Source of the DNA: Octopus sinensis
Lineage: Eukaryota
Assembly (NCBI RefSeq): GCF_006345805.1
Contig: NC_042998.1
Location: 125,302,001-125,366,000 of the forward strand
Length of the DNA: 64,000 nucleotides
Reading direction: 5' to 3'
The notes beneath the pieces are model-generated. The model did no database searches. It was not told the DNA's origin and saw only the letters and a program-made list of their open reading frames with translations. Shown here piece after piece: positions 40,520 through 53,610 of this stretch (its first letter is position 1; every line of letters begins with the position of its first letter). Made by a program: the position numbers and the translations under genes.

Positions 40520-41700
40520 ATTTTCCTTACTTTACAACTACAAAGTTGTGAAGAGAGTCACTGAAATCTAAATTCCTAAAAGAAAAATCTGCGAGCCTAA
40601 TTTGTCCAGCCGATGTTCTGTTCAGGTTTTTGATGTCTCATTTTTGTAAACGAACATTTCTCAGAAAAATTAATCCTGTAGATCTTGATAGTTGTGGTTG
40701 TGTTTCGGGATGCAGATTTTACATCTTGACACATAATGCATACGTGAAATACTAAAACAAAAATCACTTCTGATCTAAGAAACCCCTTAAGATTTGATGC
40801 TGTACAACTTAAGCGAAGTTGCCAGTTTAGTCATTATAGTTAAACTTTGACAGTTTGATTACAGCCTTTCTCAGTAAACTCTTGAACTATGTTTGGAAGA
40901 TAAACAAAGAAAGCAAATCTTACAGCTACCGTAAATAGTAAGGCGCTTTCGTAGACAAGCGTTCAAAGAATCTGTACACGGAATAAAACTTTTGGTATCT
41001 CTGCAAAATGGCCGTGGTCTAATAGATCCACACGATCTTTACGCTTTCGTTTGCATTCCATTTGTGGTGTGTACTTCATCGTTCGTGACACGTGAAATCA
41101 CACCTTTTCAAATCCATCCGAAGCATCCCTTTAATGTTTGACAAATTCAGTGAAGGATTGTAATACATCATAGGCTGCGTTTTAATTTAAGCGTTTCTAA
41201 TTGCAGTGTTACATTGCTTTGGTTGAACCACTCCAACAATATATACCATAACTCTGCAGAAATCCAGTTTCCAACTTGTACATTCGATCATACAACCCTT
41301 TAGCAGAACAATGGCAGTATTTCAATCTTTGTTCGTAAATATATCAAACAGTATATCGATTATTTCTTCGTAGCCCTTTGTGAGTGCTTCTACTGCAGCG
41401 TATCCGCAGGACTGAGAATCACTCACGCTTTTGAGAAAGTAAAAAGGACGGTGCCTGAATTAAATTAAAATATGCGGCTCCTAAGCAGTATAAGATTACT
41501 TCTTTATAAGCCAAATTAAAATAATGATCAAAACAATGAACATTGCGCATAGATTTAATTATAGGATTCTCTTCTGTATGTATATTAACCGGACATTCCT
41601 GCTTTGTCATGAGACTGCCTACAATATCTAATATATCCGTTCCAGTTTGTTCCATATAAGAAATACCTGTGTCCAATAGGGTCAAAAAGAGTAAAGAAAC
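40520..41700 (-). pseudogene. Decayed hAT transposase (ZMYM1-like group)
   Basis: Frameshifted motifs QSHDKAGMSG (cf. GQSYDNA.NMSG), NP...VHCFDHYFNLA (CxxH), AVEALTKGYEEIIDIL, AKGLYDRMYKLETGF and C-terminal CSFTKMR...RL (hATC-like). Confidence 0.75.
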
Positions 41701-44700
41701 GTTCAACTTGTTCTATTCCCGACAAAGGCCTCGGTACAACCTTAAGTTGATAAATATGACTTATCCTTCTTTCTTTTCCATGCCTATATTGATAAGACCG
41801 TTTTATTATTTAAGAAATAATCCAGTAATAAACCAAAAATACACTTTTGCCCGTCTTTTAACATTCCTATAGCAGAAATGTATGAAAGAAATTTGTCTAC
41901 AATCAAAATATGTTATTTCTTCATAAAAAATATTGATTATACAGGATTTGAATGAACTGCACAATAAATTAATTAAACAACTTACAGAATAAAGGAATTT
42001 GAAGATTGATAGACTCTAAATTTCAGTCGTTAATTTTGTTCAGAATTGTATACAATATAAACAAGTGATGTCTATAAAATTATATATCACATTCATTAAA
42101 GATAATTATTTTTAAAAAATGATAGTTGGAAGTAAAAGTCTACTTACTGACCTGTGTGAGTCGATCCCTAACTTTCCTAACATCTGTTTTATGGTCCTCT
42201 GAGTACCCCTTTAACCGCACTTGCTAAACACTGTTATTCCTATCTAAATTCAGTCGATGCAGCCATCATTGACTCTTTTCCTATTTTCTTCAAATGCTTC
42301 TCCTCTTAGCATTGCATTTTCTACCGTCCATAAAGTTCTTTCCAGCGTCTAACATACAATAAGAAACGAATATTTATTATTTACTGCAGTGGCTGACAAC
42401 ACTTACCTCAGTTATTTCGTGTTCCAGATACATACATCATTTCTTTTCCTTTCAAATCATTTCAGACTTTTTTTTTTATATCAAGCTTTATGGCCCTTTT
42501 TGCTTAGCATATACTATATTTGTTCTGTGTCTGGGAATGTACCTTATTTATTGAACTTCAGTACATGTGTTTATGAAAAATAAACACCTAATCTTCTGAA
42601 AAATATTAACCTGCAATAGACTCGTATATAATAAAACTAAAGTTTCGTCTCCGCGGACTCTACTAAATGTGTTAGCTAGGAGCAGCGGCTCGGTGCACTG
42701 TGGTTTATATATGAATTGGCATAACATTTAGAGCAGACAATTAAACATACACTATGAAACACACTCATATACACAAAATATGATAGGTAAATAGTTGCAC
42801 ACGAGCAAAAGGTTCACACACTCATTCTTATCAGTGTCTTTATAAGCAAAAACACCAAGTTCCACAAGAAGCTCAACATTCTACCTTAAGAGCAAGTCTT
42901 TGAGTGGTATTCCTACTACTAATGATTGCAAACCCCGTAATATATCAATGTGTTGCCTTTGGAGTTCTTAGGTTTAGTCAAATCGTTCGGGAGTCAGGAA
43001 ACAGTAAGATCTTAACCACTTCGTGGTCTTATATGAAAGAGCAATATAAAATGACAAGTCGCAATGAATCTTGTTGATATATGCAAATTAGTGAAATTAA
43101 AGAAAACTGCTGTGATGAGAGTGAAGCAAGTAGGAATCTTACGATTAAAGACCCCGTCAAATTAACTTATTCTCTGAATCAACAGTGAGAGACGACTTGT
43201 TTAAACCCTGGTAGCCATGATCATGTTGACCCGTGATCAAAACTATTCCAACCATAACCATCCTGGCTTTTTAACGATATCCAAGTGTCCGTTCTCAAAT
43301 TTAAGATTGAGGGATGTGATAGAAAATTTGGCTGCTATTTCTAGTATATCATGCGTCTACGAGAGACTCCTTTTTTGGTGTCTTGTTTATTTGACGGTGT
43401 CCACTTTTATGAAACGCTATTTTGAAATTACCAAGAGGTGGAGAAGAGGGAGAAAATGTCATATAAACCAGATTACTATTTTCCGTCTTATTTTCATTCT
43501 ATTTAATTACAGCTATGTTTTTTGTCTTTTTGTACTGTTCCTCACTATTGCACACTATCTTTCCTTTTATTAATTATCTACTAGTTCATTCACTTTGAAT
43601 TGTTTCTACATAAAAATGTGCCTCTTTATCTTCTATTTAATCTCTAGAAATTGATTGCATTCTTCTTATCAGAACAATTCGGAACGCTATTCTTGAAGCA
43701 ATATTCAGTTCGAAATGTTATATGTTATCTGGGATCTCAGTTTCGGTTTAACAAAATATCAATTAATTAAACGAGTATCGGCAAGGCTATTTCTTTGTGT
43801 GTGTGTGTATGTGTGTGTGTGTGTGTGTGTGTGGAAGAGAGAAATTGTTTCTTTTATTAAAATTACATGCAGGATGGTAGTTCTAATGATACACAAAACA
43901 GCTGAACAATAGAAAAAGTTAAAGAATACTAAATACAAACCAGATGCACAGAAAAAAATAAATATTTAATCTCCCATCTAATTGGTATCAAATAGGAAGC
44001 AAGAACTTTCTGGAAACCTTTCCCAATTGATCTGGTTCTCAACCGTGATTGCATCTCGAGTTGTTTTATTAAGGTTTTCAACCTTGATTAACTTTAATGT
44101 CAGCTTTATAAATTGAATACCAACATTTTTTAAGAGAAGATTCTGTTACATGGTAAGACCAGCTATCCAAATGAATGGACTATTATTTTTTTAATAAGGA
44201 TTGGCATAATTAGTTTTTCTTTGATTGGGCAGAAAGACATTTTGCAGAAAAATATTAATATAAATTTTACAGCAAAATAGAAAAACATGATATTCATTCC
44301 TTTCTCTGAGATATCGGATGACCAAACTATAAATAAATTGCTATTCCTTTCGCTGATTTAAATAAATAACCTTACTTGAAACCCGTGTAAGGAAATTATT
44401 GACTTTAGATTACTAGATTTTTGTTAGAATTTCGTATTTTCTCCCTGGGTTTTGATTTCCAATCCCACACAGTCAGCTTTAACGTTTCACCCTTCTGTAG
44501 TCGATAAATTAAGTCGTGACTTAAAGTCGGAGATCGATTCAATAATATTCTACACTGTCCTCTAAAATTTGTAGTCTTGTGCCAATGTTAGAAACTTTTT
44601 ACATTTCCAAATGTACTTTAACAAATGGTTCATTTGCACGATGCTACAAGTGATACAAACATTATGCGCGGTGCTGGATAAATTTTAGCATCTGTTTTCA

Positions 44701-44989
44701 TTGTTAACGTTTCTACAATCAAACCTCGCTGGAAATTGTTTAGCATTTATTTCATCCCACTTCATTGAGAAGTGTCAATTACTTATTGGTGGCAATACAG
44801 CACGATATATTCCTTCCCTTTACGAACGATTTGTTGCAAACCAACAAAATAGGTCTTCACGAGGAAGAATTAAATTCAAAATGTTCCTCTTCATTCATTA
44901 ATGATGAACATGTATATGTAAGGATCACTCACTCCTCTGGATTCGATACCAGTAAATCGTAGATCGAATTAGTATGTTGTGGGGGGGGG

Positions 44990-46130
44990 GCACGTAACAT
45001 TGTGATTAGTGTTGGGCTCACGATCGTAAAATAGTGGGTTCGATTCCTTGACCATGTGTCGTGTTGTGTCCTTGAGCAAGGCACTTCATTTCACGATACT
45101 CCAAACATTCAGCTGAAAATGAGTACCAGCCGAATATTGGTGCTGTTCTCTCTTTCACCAGCAGTCACATCATCGATGTTCCGCTGAATCATGGGAGGGA
45201 AGGACAAGAGCGTATCAATGTCTACTCGCGATTCCACACGTATCTAAAACAACTATTAAAAGCGTGCTATCAGTTCATATTCGTTTGCGAATTGACAGCT
45301 AAGCGTGTGTGTTTGTGTGTGTATGACCTGGTGGTTAGGGTGTTGCACTCACAATTGCTAGATCGTGGGTTCGATTCCTGGACAGAGCGGCGCGTTGTGA
45401 TCTTGAGCAAAACACTTCATTTCACGTTGCTCTAAATACCCACGTGCTTTGTGATCCCTCATTTTCGGCGAGCAGTAAATCCTACTATATTTACGAATTA
45501 TTTATCAGGTTGATATCAAAATGTAATTTAAGTATCAAATTTCAAGGCGGGTAGCTGACAAAATCGTTAACACGCCGGGCAAAATGCTTACGGCATTTCG
45601 TCCGTCTTTACATTCTGAGTTCAAATTCCGTCGAGGTCAGCTTTGCCTTTCGTCCTTAGTGAGTTGATAAAATAAGTATCATTTGAGTACAGGAATCAAC
45701 AACTTACTTCCTGCCCCACATCTGCTGGCCTTGTGCCAAAATTTGAAACGAATATTTAAGTATTAAATGCAAAGTGCCGTCTTCAGCTGTTTTATCTGAC
45801 GTTTTTAAAGAATGCTTCATGCTCTAGTTAAAGCGCATGACTCAATGGCTAGGGCTCACAATCATGAGGTAGTGAGTTCGATTTCCGCCGGGGTGTATGT
45901 TGTATTCTTGTGCAAGAAACTTTATTTCACGTTGCTCCAGTTTACTCAGATGTAGAAATGAGCTGCGGCGTCACTGGTACCAAGCTGTATCGGTCTTTGC
46001 TTTTTCTTTGGATAACATCGGTGGCGTGGAAAGGGGAACCTGGTATGCATGGGCGACTGCTAGCCTGTGCCTTGGAGGGCAACTTTCTAGGTGCAATCCC
46101 ATGGTCATTCATGACCGGAGGCGGTCTTTA
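44990..46130 (+). mobile_element. Cluster of three diverged copies of a third tRNA-SINE family (~44990, ~45324, ~45834) plus one family A copy
   Basis: Each has a B-box (ggttcgattcc / gagttcgatttcc) followed by variants of gttgtgtccttgagcaaggcacttcatttcacg. Confidence 0.7.
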
Positions 46131-46444
46131 CCCGTTAACCTCGTGCATTATAACTAATAAAACAGTAGTCATATTTGACGACCGGGATTGCTTGCATGTG
46201 TGTGCGCGCGCATATATTATGTAACATGTATGTTTAACGCATGTATATTTATATAATGTAGGCGTGTGTGTGTGTGTGTGTGTGTGTTTTATCTTCATTC
46301 CCTGTGATTGGGTCAGTTTCAACAACTGCATATTTTATTGCATCGACTATACCCAATTATCCTCATACCTTCCAAATTACCTCTATAACCAGCCCTAAAA
46401 CTTTTCTGTTCTAGTTCTTCGGACGATTGCACGTCACACACACA

Positions 46445-46508
<64 letters not shown>

Positions 46509-46817
46509 CACACACACACAGAGGTACATCTGTACTAATTGATAGGAAACTTGGTCAGTGTTTAATGATTGGCTTGTTTTGGTGTGGGAATTTCCTTCTG
46601 TTAGACATCTGCCATCCCCAATATCTCATTAGTTTCCTCATTTTGTTCCTCTATACCAAGTTGATCGTGAACCATTTTACTAGAATTATTCAAAGATCAA
46701 ACAACAGACGATCGAATCAATCTATTCGAAAATATACACCAAAACTGTTTATCGTCTGCTTGTGTATAGCCATCTTTATTCGCACTCTCGCATATACACA
46801 TCTCGTTTCCTGTCATC

Positions 46818-46849
<32 letters not shown>

Positions 46850-47169
46850 ATATATATATATATATATATATAATACACACACAGTTACAAACATGGAGAG
46901 ACGGACATACATTAATTTGATGAAAGTGCCAGATGACTGACCCTACCGTGATCAAATATATCTGTTCTTAGGTGATCTTCCCTACTGACGTTATTTTAGA
47001 AAAAAATGTTTAGTTGCAGCATTTCAAATGCACTTGCAGATAAATAAATTTAGTACAACTGAGAATTGAAAACTGTTAGACAGGAGTTTAGCATGTAGGC
47101 TACGATGTCCGTTGTGCATTAATCTATGTATCTGTCTGTTAATTTGTGGGTCAATCCAAAACTTTTTGC

Positions 47170-47278
47170 ATGAAACTAGATAGAGAAGAAATCAGTCAGA
47201 CAGACTCTCCTTGTAGTTCAAGAAGTCAGCTTTGTCATATTCTAGTTCACACAGGTTCTGCCGAAAATTATGATAAAG
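47170..47278 (+). CDS. Mieap-like exon 1 (putative)
   Basis: ATG MKLDREEISQ...ENYDK ends at AG|GTATGC in phase 1, matching the next exon. No homology support. Confidence 0.5.
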
Positions 47279-50200
47279 GTATGCATGTTGTTGGAATAAT
47301 CAACAACTTACTGACTAATACAGCTGGAATGATCACTGTCGAAGTTATTGTGCTTATATAAAAATTATATTTACGACCTTGGAAGCAATTATGAACCTTA
47401 AATAACAGCAACAATCTTCTTTTCAATCTTTCAGCTGGTTGGCAAGCGCCGAGAAAGCGATTATCTCGAAGATACCGGCAAAGAAGCACCCTGGACGACC
47501 TTGAAGAGCTCATAGCACCTACCACCAGTTGCAGTAGCTACTGCACTGGTGGGGATGACGTTGGCGAAATCCCAGAGGAGGAAGAAGTACTAGTGGACAA
47601 TACTTTTCATTCAGAAGATGAAGACGACGAGAATGACAACCAATCAAGAATGATGGGGATCGAGTCTAGAGACCGGCAGTTTCTACAACGGGAGCTACAC
47701 AACATGAGAATGGAGTTGGGACAAGCCAGAGAAACAATCTGCAAGCTACAAGATAGGGAAAAGCAACTACGTGACAGGTATCGCCTCCTTATTGTATTCC
47801 ACTTGTTTTTTGTTGTTTGAGCCTGAGTAAACCCTTTCGGAACTCCGTTCCAGCCATGATGACTCAGTCTTTTCTTTAGTATTGTTTACCCTAGTCTAAT
47901 TTAATGTGTCACATTCTTGAGACAGGAGTGATTTGAGAGAAACCTGAGTGTTATTTCTAGCAGCTGAGGTGACCACATAAGCTCCCTCATTAGCTCGTCA
48001 GTCTCACTTTTATTGTTTAATGCTGTTTGCAGGGATTCTTAACTTTTACAAACATTATTGACTGTTTACTGTCCTTAAGTCTTCAGCTTCCCCATGTAGT
48101 AGCAATGGCAAATCCTTTTTTCTCTATTTTGTTCCATTATTTGACAACTAGAGAAAAGTTTATATTTTCAAAGTTATTTCGTGTTAAAGTTGTCGTATTT
48201 CGGTAATTTCAACCAATCAATGACGTGTTTTCAGCTGAATAAAATTACTGCTGTTGTTTGTCGACAACAACTATCAGCGGTGTATATTTCGTTTGTCACT
48301 GTTATTTATGACATCGTTCGTGTGTTTGTACCGGTTTTAGGGTTGGGATTTTAGGGTTAACACACAGGCACAGACATGGCTGAGAGATTAAGCCTGTTTT
48401 GCAACCATATGGCTTCAGGTTTAGTCCTACTGTGTGGCATTTTGATCTGGTCACTGTCTTGTTAGTGAACTTGATAGACAGGAACTGTGAGAGATCCATG
48501 GTATGCATGTATGTATGACATAGTGTTTGTGTTTCTCCTCCCATCAATTGACAAATGATATTGGGTTACTCTTTTACTTGTTTCAGTCATTTGACTGTGA
48601 CCATGCTGGTGCACCACCTTTAGTCGAGCAAATCGACCCCAGGACTTATTCTTTGTAAGCCTAGTACTTATTCTATTGGGCTCTTTTGCCAAACCGCTAA
48701 GTTACGGGGATGTAAACACACCAGCAGCGGTTGTCAAGTGATGTTGATGGGGGGACAAACACACACACACATATATATACAACGGGCTTCTTTCAGTTTC
48801 CGTCTACCAAATCCACTCACAAGGCTTTGGTCGGCCCGAGTCTATAGTAGAAGATACTTGCCCAAGGTGCCATGCAGTGGAAATGAACCCGGAACCATGT
48901 GGTTGGTAAGCAAGCTACTTACTACACAGCCACTCTTGTTTTGTTTTTTTTACGTCATTGTAACTTAGCAGTTTGATAAAAGAAAAAAAAAGACTGACAG
49001 AATAAGTAACCATACAAATCTGTGCTACAGCATGATTACTGTCCATGTACAGAAACTTGCAAAATAGTAAATATGAAATTGAGACACTGATCTAGATGAT
49101 ATCATGAATGTTTGATAGTTTGTATCCTATTATTGGTACTTTATTTGATTCATATTCACTCAGTTCTTCTAAATATCAATAGACTCTGTGAGTGGATAAA
49201 GCACACAGTTGTAAAAAGTGAGGAGGACATTGTGCAATTAACATGTTTACACTAATTTACAGTATCAAATTCTAGTGTTCAGTGTGGAGTCTTGAGTTGT
49301 CAAGAGGAAACTATCCTGTATATCCTTCCTCAAAATTTCTTGAAATTAGCAGGATCCCTAACAAGCCAATCTTCCATCCTATATCTTTTCTTTTACAAGA
49401 TTAAAGAAGATTGGAAATTGAAGTATTTGTAGGGGAGTCAGTTTGCACTAAAGTGTGGTGATGTCATTTAAAATGTTTAAGGTCCAGTTTAATTTAGCAA
49501 CTTCCAATGATGAGCAGTTCATCCCATTCAAGAATGTGATATTGTCGGCTGTAGCTTTAACTACTTTCTCTGATTTTATTTTTCTCCTGAAGATTATCGG
49601 AACAAGTTCAGAAACAGTTTACCATCACAAACAGCCATTTTGAAGATTTGTCTTTGAATGAAAAACGACCAACAGAACTTATCCGTCTCTATGGTAACCT
49701 TTATAGTGAAACAAGAGTGGAAGCTGCTGATGATCTTGATTCTATTCCAGAAATAGCCCAGTATGATAATCTCAAGACAAAGATTCTATTCTCTGTCGTT
49801 GTGGTAAGTGTTATGGTCCATACACTTGTGACTTTGTTACAAATATAGTTTAAATATTGTTAAGAAACTTTCAATGTAAGCACAGTTAGAATACAGTTAT
49901 CTGTAGTTGTGTATAACTAAATTAATGAGCAACTTATTCATATCAGAGTGATAATTATATCTTAAGCATTTATAACAAGCTTCCAGAACTTCCAAAATTA
50001 AATCTTTTCTGTATTACAGGCCTAAATTATACCTTAGCCATGCTTTTCTAACGTTATTAGACTTGAAACGATCCGAGGGAAGCTTCAGGCAAGCTCTCAA
50101 ATACTTCCTTAATAAGGGCTGTATTTCACGCTTATATAAGATTGCTTGATGGTCTGATGTTATTAGTGAAACGTTTCCTTAATAAAAGGAGTGGGGTTAT

Positions 50201-52932
50201 GCTCTAACAACTATTGTAATTATTGACAGATGTGTCTATGCTAGCCATTTAAGAACTTTGTGCTCTTAATAAACAATCTGTTCTGTTCATTCTTATTTGC
50301 CATTTACAACATTGTCCATCATGCTACATTCATTATTTCCTTGGTTTCCCCTCTATCACAGCTATCATCAATCATCAGCCCCTCTTACCTCATTTCAAAC
50401 CTGTCAACCATTTCTCTGAGCTACATCAACCAATAATTGAACAGAAATATTTATTTCTTACTTCACCTTTCATTTACCTTGACCCACTCCATCCCTAGCT
50501 ATTTATCAATCATTAATCCAATTTGTTTGAGGGTTCAAATCTACATGGCTCAAGAATTACATTAAAATATTGATCACTTATTTGATGGTGCTGCAGTTAC
50601 ACAGACATTCTAGATTATGTCCTACCAAATGCTACCTCAGCTCACATAACACATTTTCCATGCTTTCTTTTGTTATCTCTACTGTCTCAGTTTACTGGTA
50701 CTCATTTCCTTGTTCATGTTATTATTGTTGCTTAGCCACAGATCAGCCAAGATTGAGCAGACTTTGATTAAAAGCACTCCAAGAAAGGCCATCTCAGTTT
50801 TGTAGATATAGTTTATTTCAGACTACATATGTGTGTTTATCTTCATTTTTAGAGAGCAAAATGTGATTTGAGAGATTTTGCTGCTATTTCTAGCAGATAA
50901 GTGGCTATGTATAGGCTCCCTAGACGTTGACACACAGAAGATCATGCAGAACAACCACCACACCAATGTAATCAAGTCTGTGGGAGTCTGCAATAATCAT
51001 GGACATTGAACCTTTCTACTTACACTATTTCATGAAAAGGAATTGCACCTTATCAACTAATTTTGCTGCCATAACCCTTAATATTCAAATTAGATTCAGT
51101 GTTGCTTATACCTCCTAAAAAGTGTGCTTCAATATTTATTACCTCATTATTTTCAGTTGGCTTTTCGTTCAACACTCAACTCTTTGTTGGATTTAAAAAG
51201 TAAAGTCCGAGATTTACTTCGTATTCAAGTCAGTGACATTAACAACCAAAGTAATGACCTGCCATCTTTAACACTGGAAGCTGAGATTGATGATTACATA
51301 AGGAAGACTGTGGACCGTTATGACTGTTCAGCTAATGCTGAGGTAACTTCATGGTTATTTTACAATTTATTTCTATTCCCTTTATTAGGATTTCCTGGCT
51401 TTTTTGGGGGTTATAGGTAATCTCTTATTACAATTTCATGTTAGCCTTCTATCTTTCCAGGTTATTTTTACTACAGTATATGACAGCTCCTAACCTACTA
51501 GAAATAACAGCCTGATCTACTCGAAATAACAGCCAACCATTTATTTCTCCCTATATATCTTCATCATTGTGATGTCCACTTTTCCATGCTTGCATGGGTC
51601 AGACGGAATTTGTTGAGGCAGATTTTCTATGGATGTATGCCCTTCATGTTGCCAACCCTCATCTGTTTTCAAGCAAGATATTTCCCATAGTGAGAAATGT
51701 TTTTCATGGAAGCCTGGAAACAAAGAACCTCACTTGTATGAGTGATGTTCATTTACAACCATTATGGGATATCTAAGACAAGGGTACATAGACACACACA
51801 CACACGCACGTTTACACACACACACACACATATATATTTCTTATACAATAATGTTGTTGACAGTAACTTCAAAGTTTCAACCAGCTTGGCCATCATATAT
51901 GATGGGTTTATTTTGGTTTCCATCTACCAAATCCACTCACAGTTTGGTTGGCCCTGGGCTATAGTAGAAGACACTTGCCCAAGGTGCCATGCAGTCGGAC
52001 TGAATCCAAGACCACATGATTGAAAAGCAAGCTTCTTCTCTGCTCAGCCATGATGTCTGCACTCTGAGTTCAACTTCTTGCATAGTCAACTTTGTTTCTG
52101 ATTTGGTATAATGACTACAAAAAAAATTCAGTTGACCAATTGTGGATTGGATAGTGCTCCAGTGGTTAACATGTACAGGTGAGCCTACAACAAGCATAAA
52201 TAAGTTGGTGACATCATATTAAGACTTTCATCATGCAATAGATTATAAAACAACTGAATGGAAACAGAGACTTGGAAAACTAAACTACAATATCATGAGA
52301 CTAGTCTCAGCAGAAATGTGTAATTACCCAATAAATCTATCAACCCTTTAACTGCAAAAGTAAATTTCATGATTATTATTGCAGTAATGCTGTTAAATAT
52401 CTACAAAAAAATAGAATTAGTATTTTCTGCAAGTCACATTGCCTCAAGCTTGACATATCTCAACAAAAAAATAATTTCAAACATGACATTCTTTAACAAA
52501 AGATAGATAGGTATAGAAAAAATGCTTCTGCTGTTAAGGGTAATGAAATTTTGAGTGAATATCTGATTTCTGCAATAAAAAGGTGAACATTTATATTTAA
52601 TTCTGTATACTATACACACACTAGCACGTATGTGTGTATGTGTATCTACAGACATTCATATGTACATACATGAATGATGGCTGTAACTTGACTGGAAGTA
52701 ATTCCATTACATGATTGTTCTCTTAAACATTGGCAGCACAGATACAGCTTTTCAGTTCTGCTGGGGTCTTACACTTTTTTTTACAAGTGTGGCAATGATG
52801 GGTGTCTCATGCAATAGGTGTAACAATATTGCTTTAATGAGCCTTCATATGACATTTCATTCCACCTTCTGGCACAGTATTTTCTACATTCCCAGCAAGT
52901 AAAGATATCATAAAAATACATTTCTATATATG

Positions 52933-52963
<31 letters not shown>

Positions 52964-53239
52964 CATCATCATCATTATCGTTTAACGTCCGTTTTCCATG
53001 CTAGAGCGGGTTGGATGGTTCGACCAGGGTCTGGGAAGCCAGGAGGCTGCACCAGGCTCCAGTCTGATCTGGCAGTGTTTCTACAGCTAGATGCCCTTCC
53101 TAACACCACCCACTCCATGAGTGCAGTGGGTGCTTTTTACGTGCCACCAGCACAGGTGGCAGGGGCTACCTCTCCCCCTGATACCTTCAACTGTTTGGGA
53201 GTGGCACTTCTTCACACATCTCTCCTCATCCATCCGCAG

Positions 53240-53271
<32 letters not shown>

Positions 53272-53610
53272 TACTCATATCATTTAATCATTTATATAAT
53301 TTCATCTATCATTACTCTTTTGCAGGAAGTTTGCTCCCAAATATATTTGACCTTGTATGATTATCCATGCCTCCGCCAAAGTTCTGGTCTAAGACAGTAT
53401 ATTGAAGAATGTGTTCGAGTGTCTTGGGCATTAAATGTTCAAAATCCACGCTACATCATCAGCTATGATTCACGGACTTTCAATCCAAACTTTCATACAC
53501 GCTTCCATACATCAGATTCAACAAGTGATGATATTCTGGAATTTCTTTGGCCAACACTTTTGGAAGGAAACAGTACCTGTTGTGTTTTTAGAGGTGTTGT
53601 CTTAACATGA
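47170..53610 (+). CDS. SPATA18-like: Mieap (mitochondria-eating protein)/SPATA18-like gene, 5 coding exons, 377 aa
   Basis: Exons 47170-47278, 47435-47777, 49593-49803, 51157-51342 and 53326-53610 are GT-AG bounded and phase-consistent (1,2,0,0), totalling 1134 nt. Features: coiled coil, RPTELIRLYGNLYSETRVEAADDLD and C-terminal YIEECVRVSWALNVQNP...FLWPTLLEG...VFRGVVLT, typical of the MIEAP domain. Confidence 0.85.
47435..47777 (+). CDS. Mieap-like exon 2 (acidic stretch + coiled coil)
   Basis: tttcag| acceptor, open frame GWQAPRKR...LQRELHNMRMELGQARETICKLQDREKQLRD, donor ag|gtatcg. Confidence 0.85.
48568..48937 (-). mobile_element. SINE family B, full length, intronic
   Basis: Reverse complement of the 24475-24860 element. 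Confidence 0.9.
49593..49803 (+). CDS. Mieap-like exon 3
   Basis: Polypyrimidine tract + aag| acceptor, LSEQVQKQF...RPTELIRLY...KILFSVVV, donor |gtaagt. Confidence 0.9.
51157..51342 (+). CDS. Mieap-like exon 4
   Basis: tttcag| acceptor, LAFRSTLNSLL...DYIRKTVDRYDCSANAE, donor |gtaact; 186 nt. Confidence 0.9.
52963..53238 (-). mobile_element. RTE LINE 3' fragment, internally deleted
   Basis: LRMDEERCVKKCHSQTVEGIRGRG fused directly to the RTE 3' tail seen at 11520-11688. Confidence 0.8.
53326..53610 (+). CDS. Mieap-like exon 5 (terminal)
   Basis: ttttgcag| acceptor, EVCSQIYLTLYDYP...GVVLT-TGA. AATAAA candidates near 54224 and 54286. Confidence 0.92.
   Translation, partial: EVCSQIYLTLYDYPCLRQSSGLRQYIEECVRVSWALNVQNPRYIISYDSRTFNPNFHTRFHTSDSTSDDILEFLWPTLLEGNSTCCVFRGVVLT

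Noticed and set aside
41419-41706. Host exon suggested by an open frame ending at GTGAGT
   Set aside because: hAT transposase motifs run across frames and continue past the apparent donor.
42150-42350. Minus-strand exon candidate (AG...GTCAGT)
   Set aside because: Stops in all three frames and no recognisable homology.
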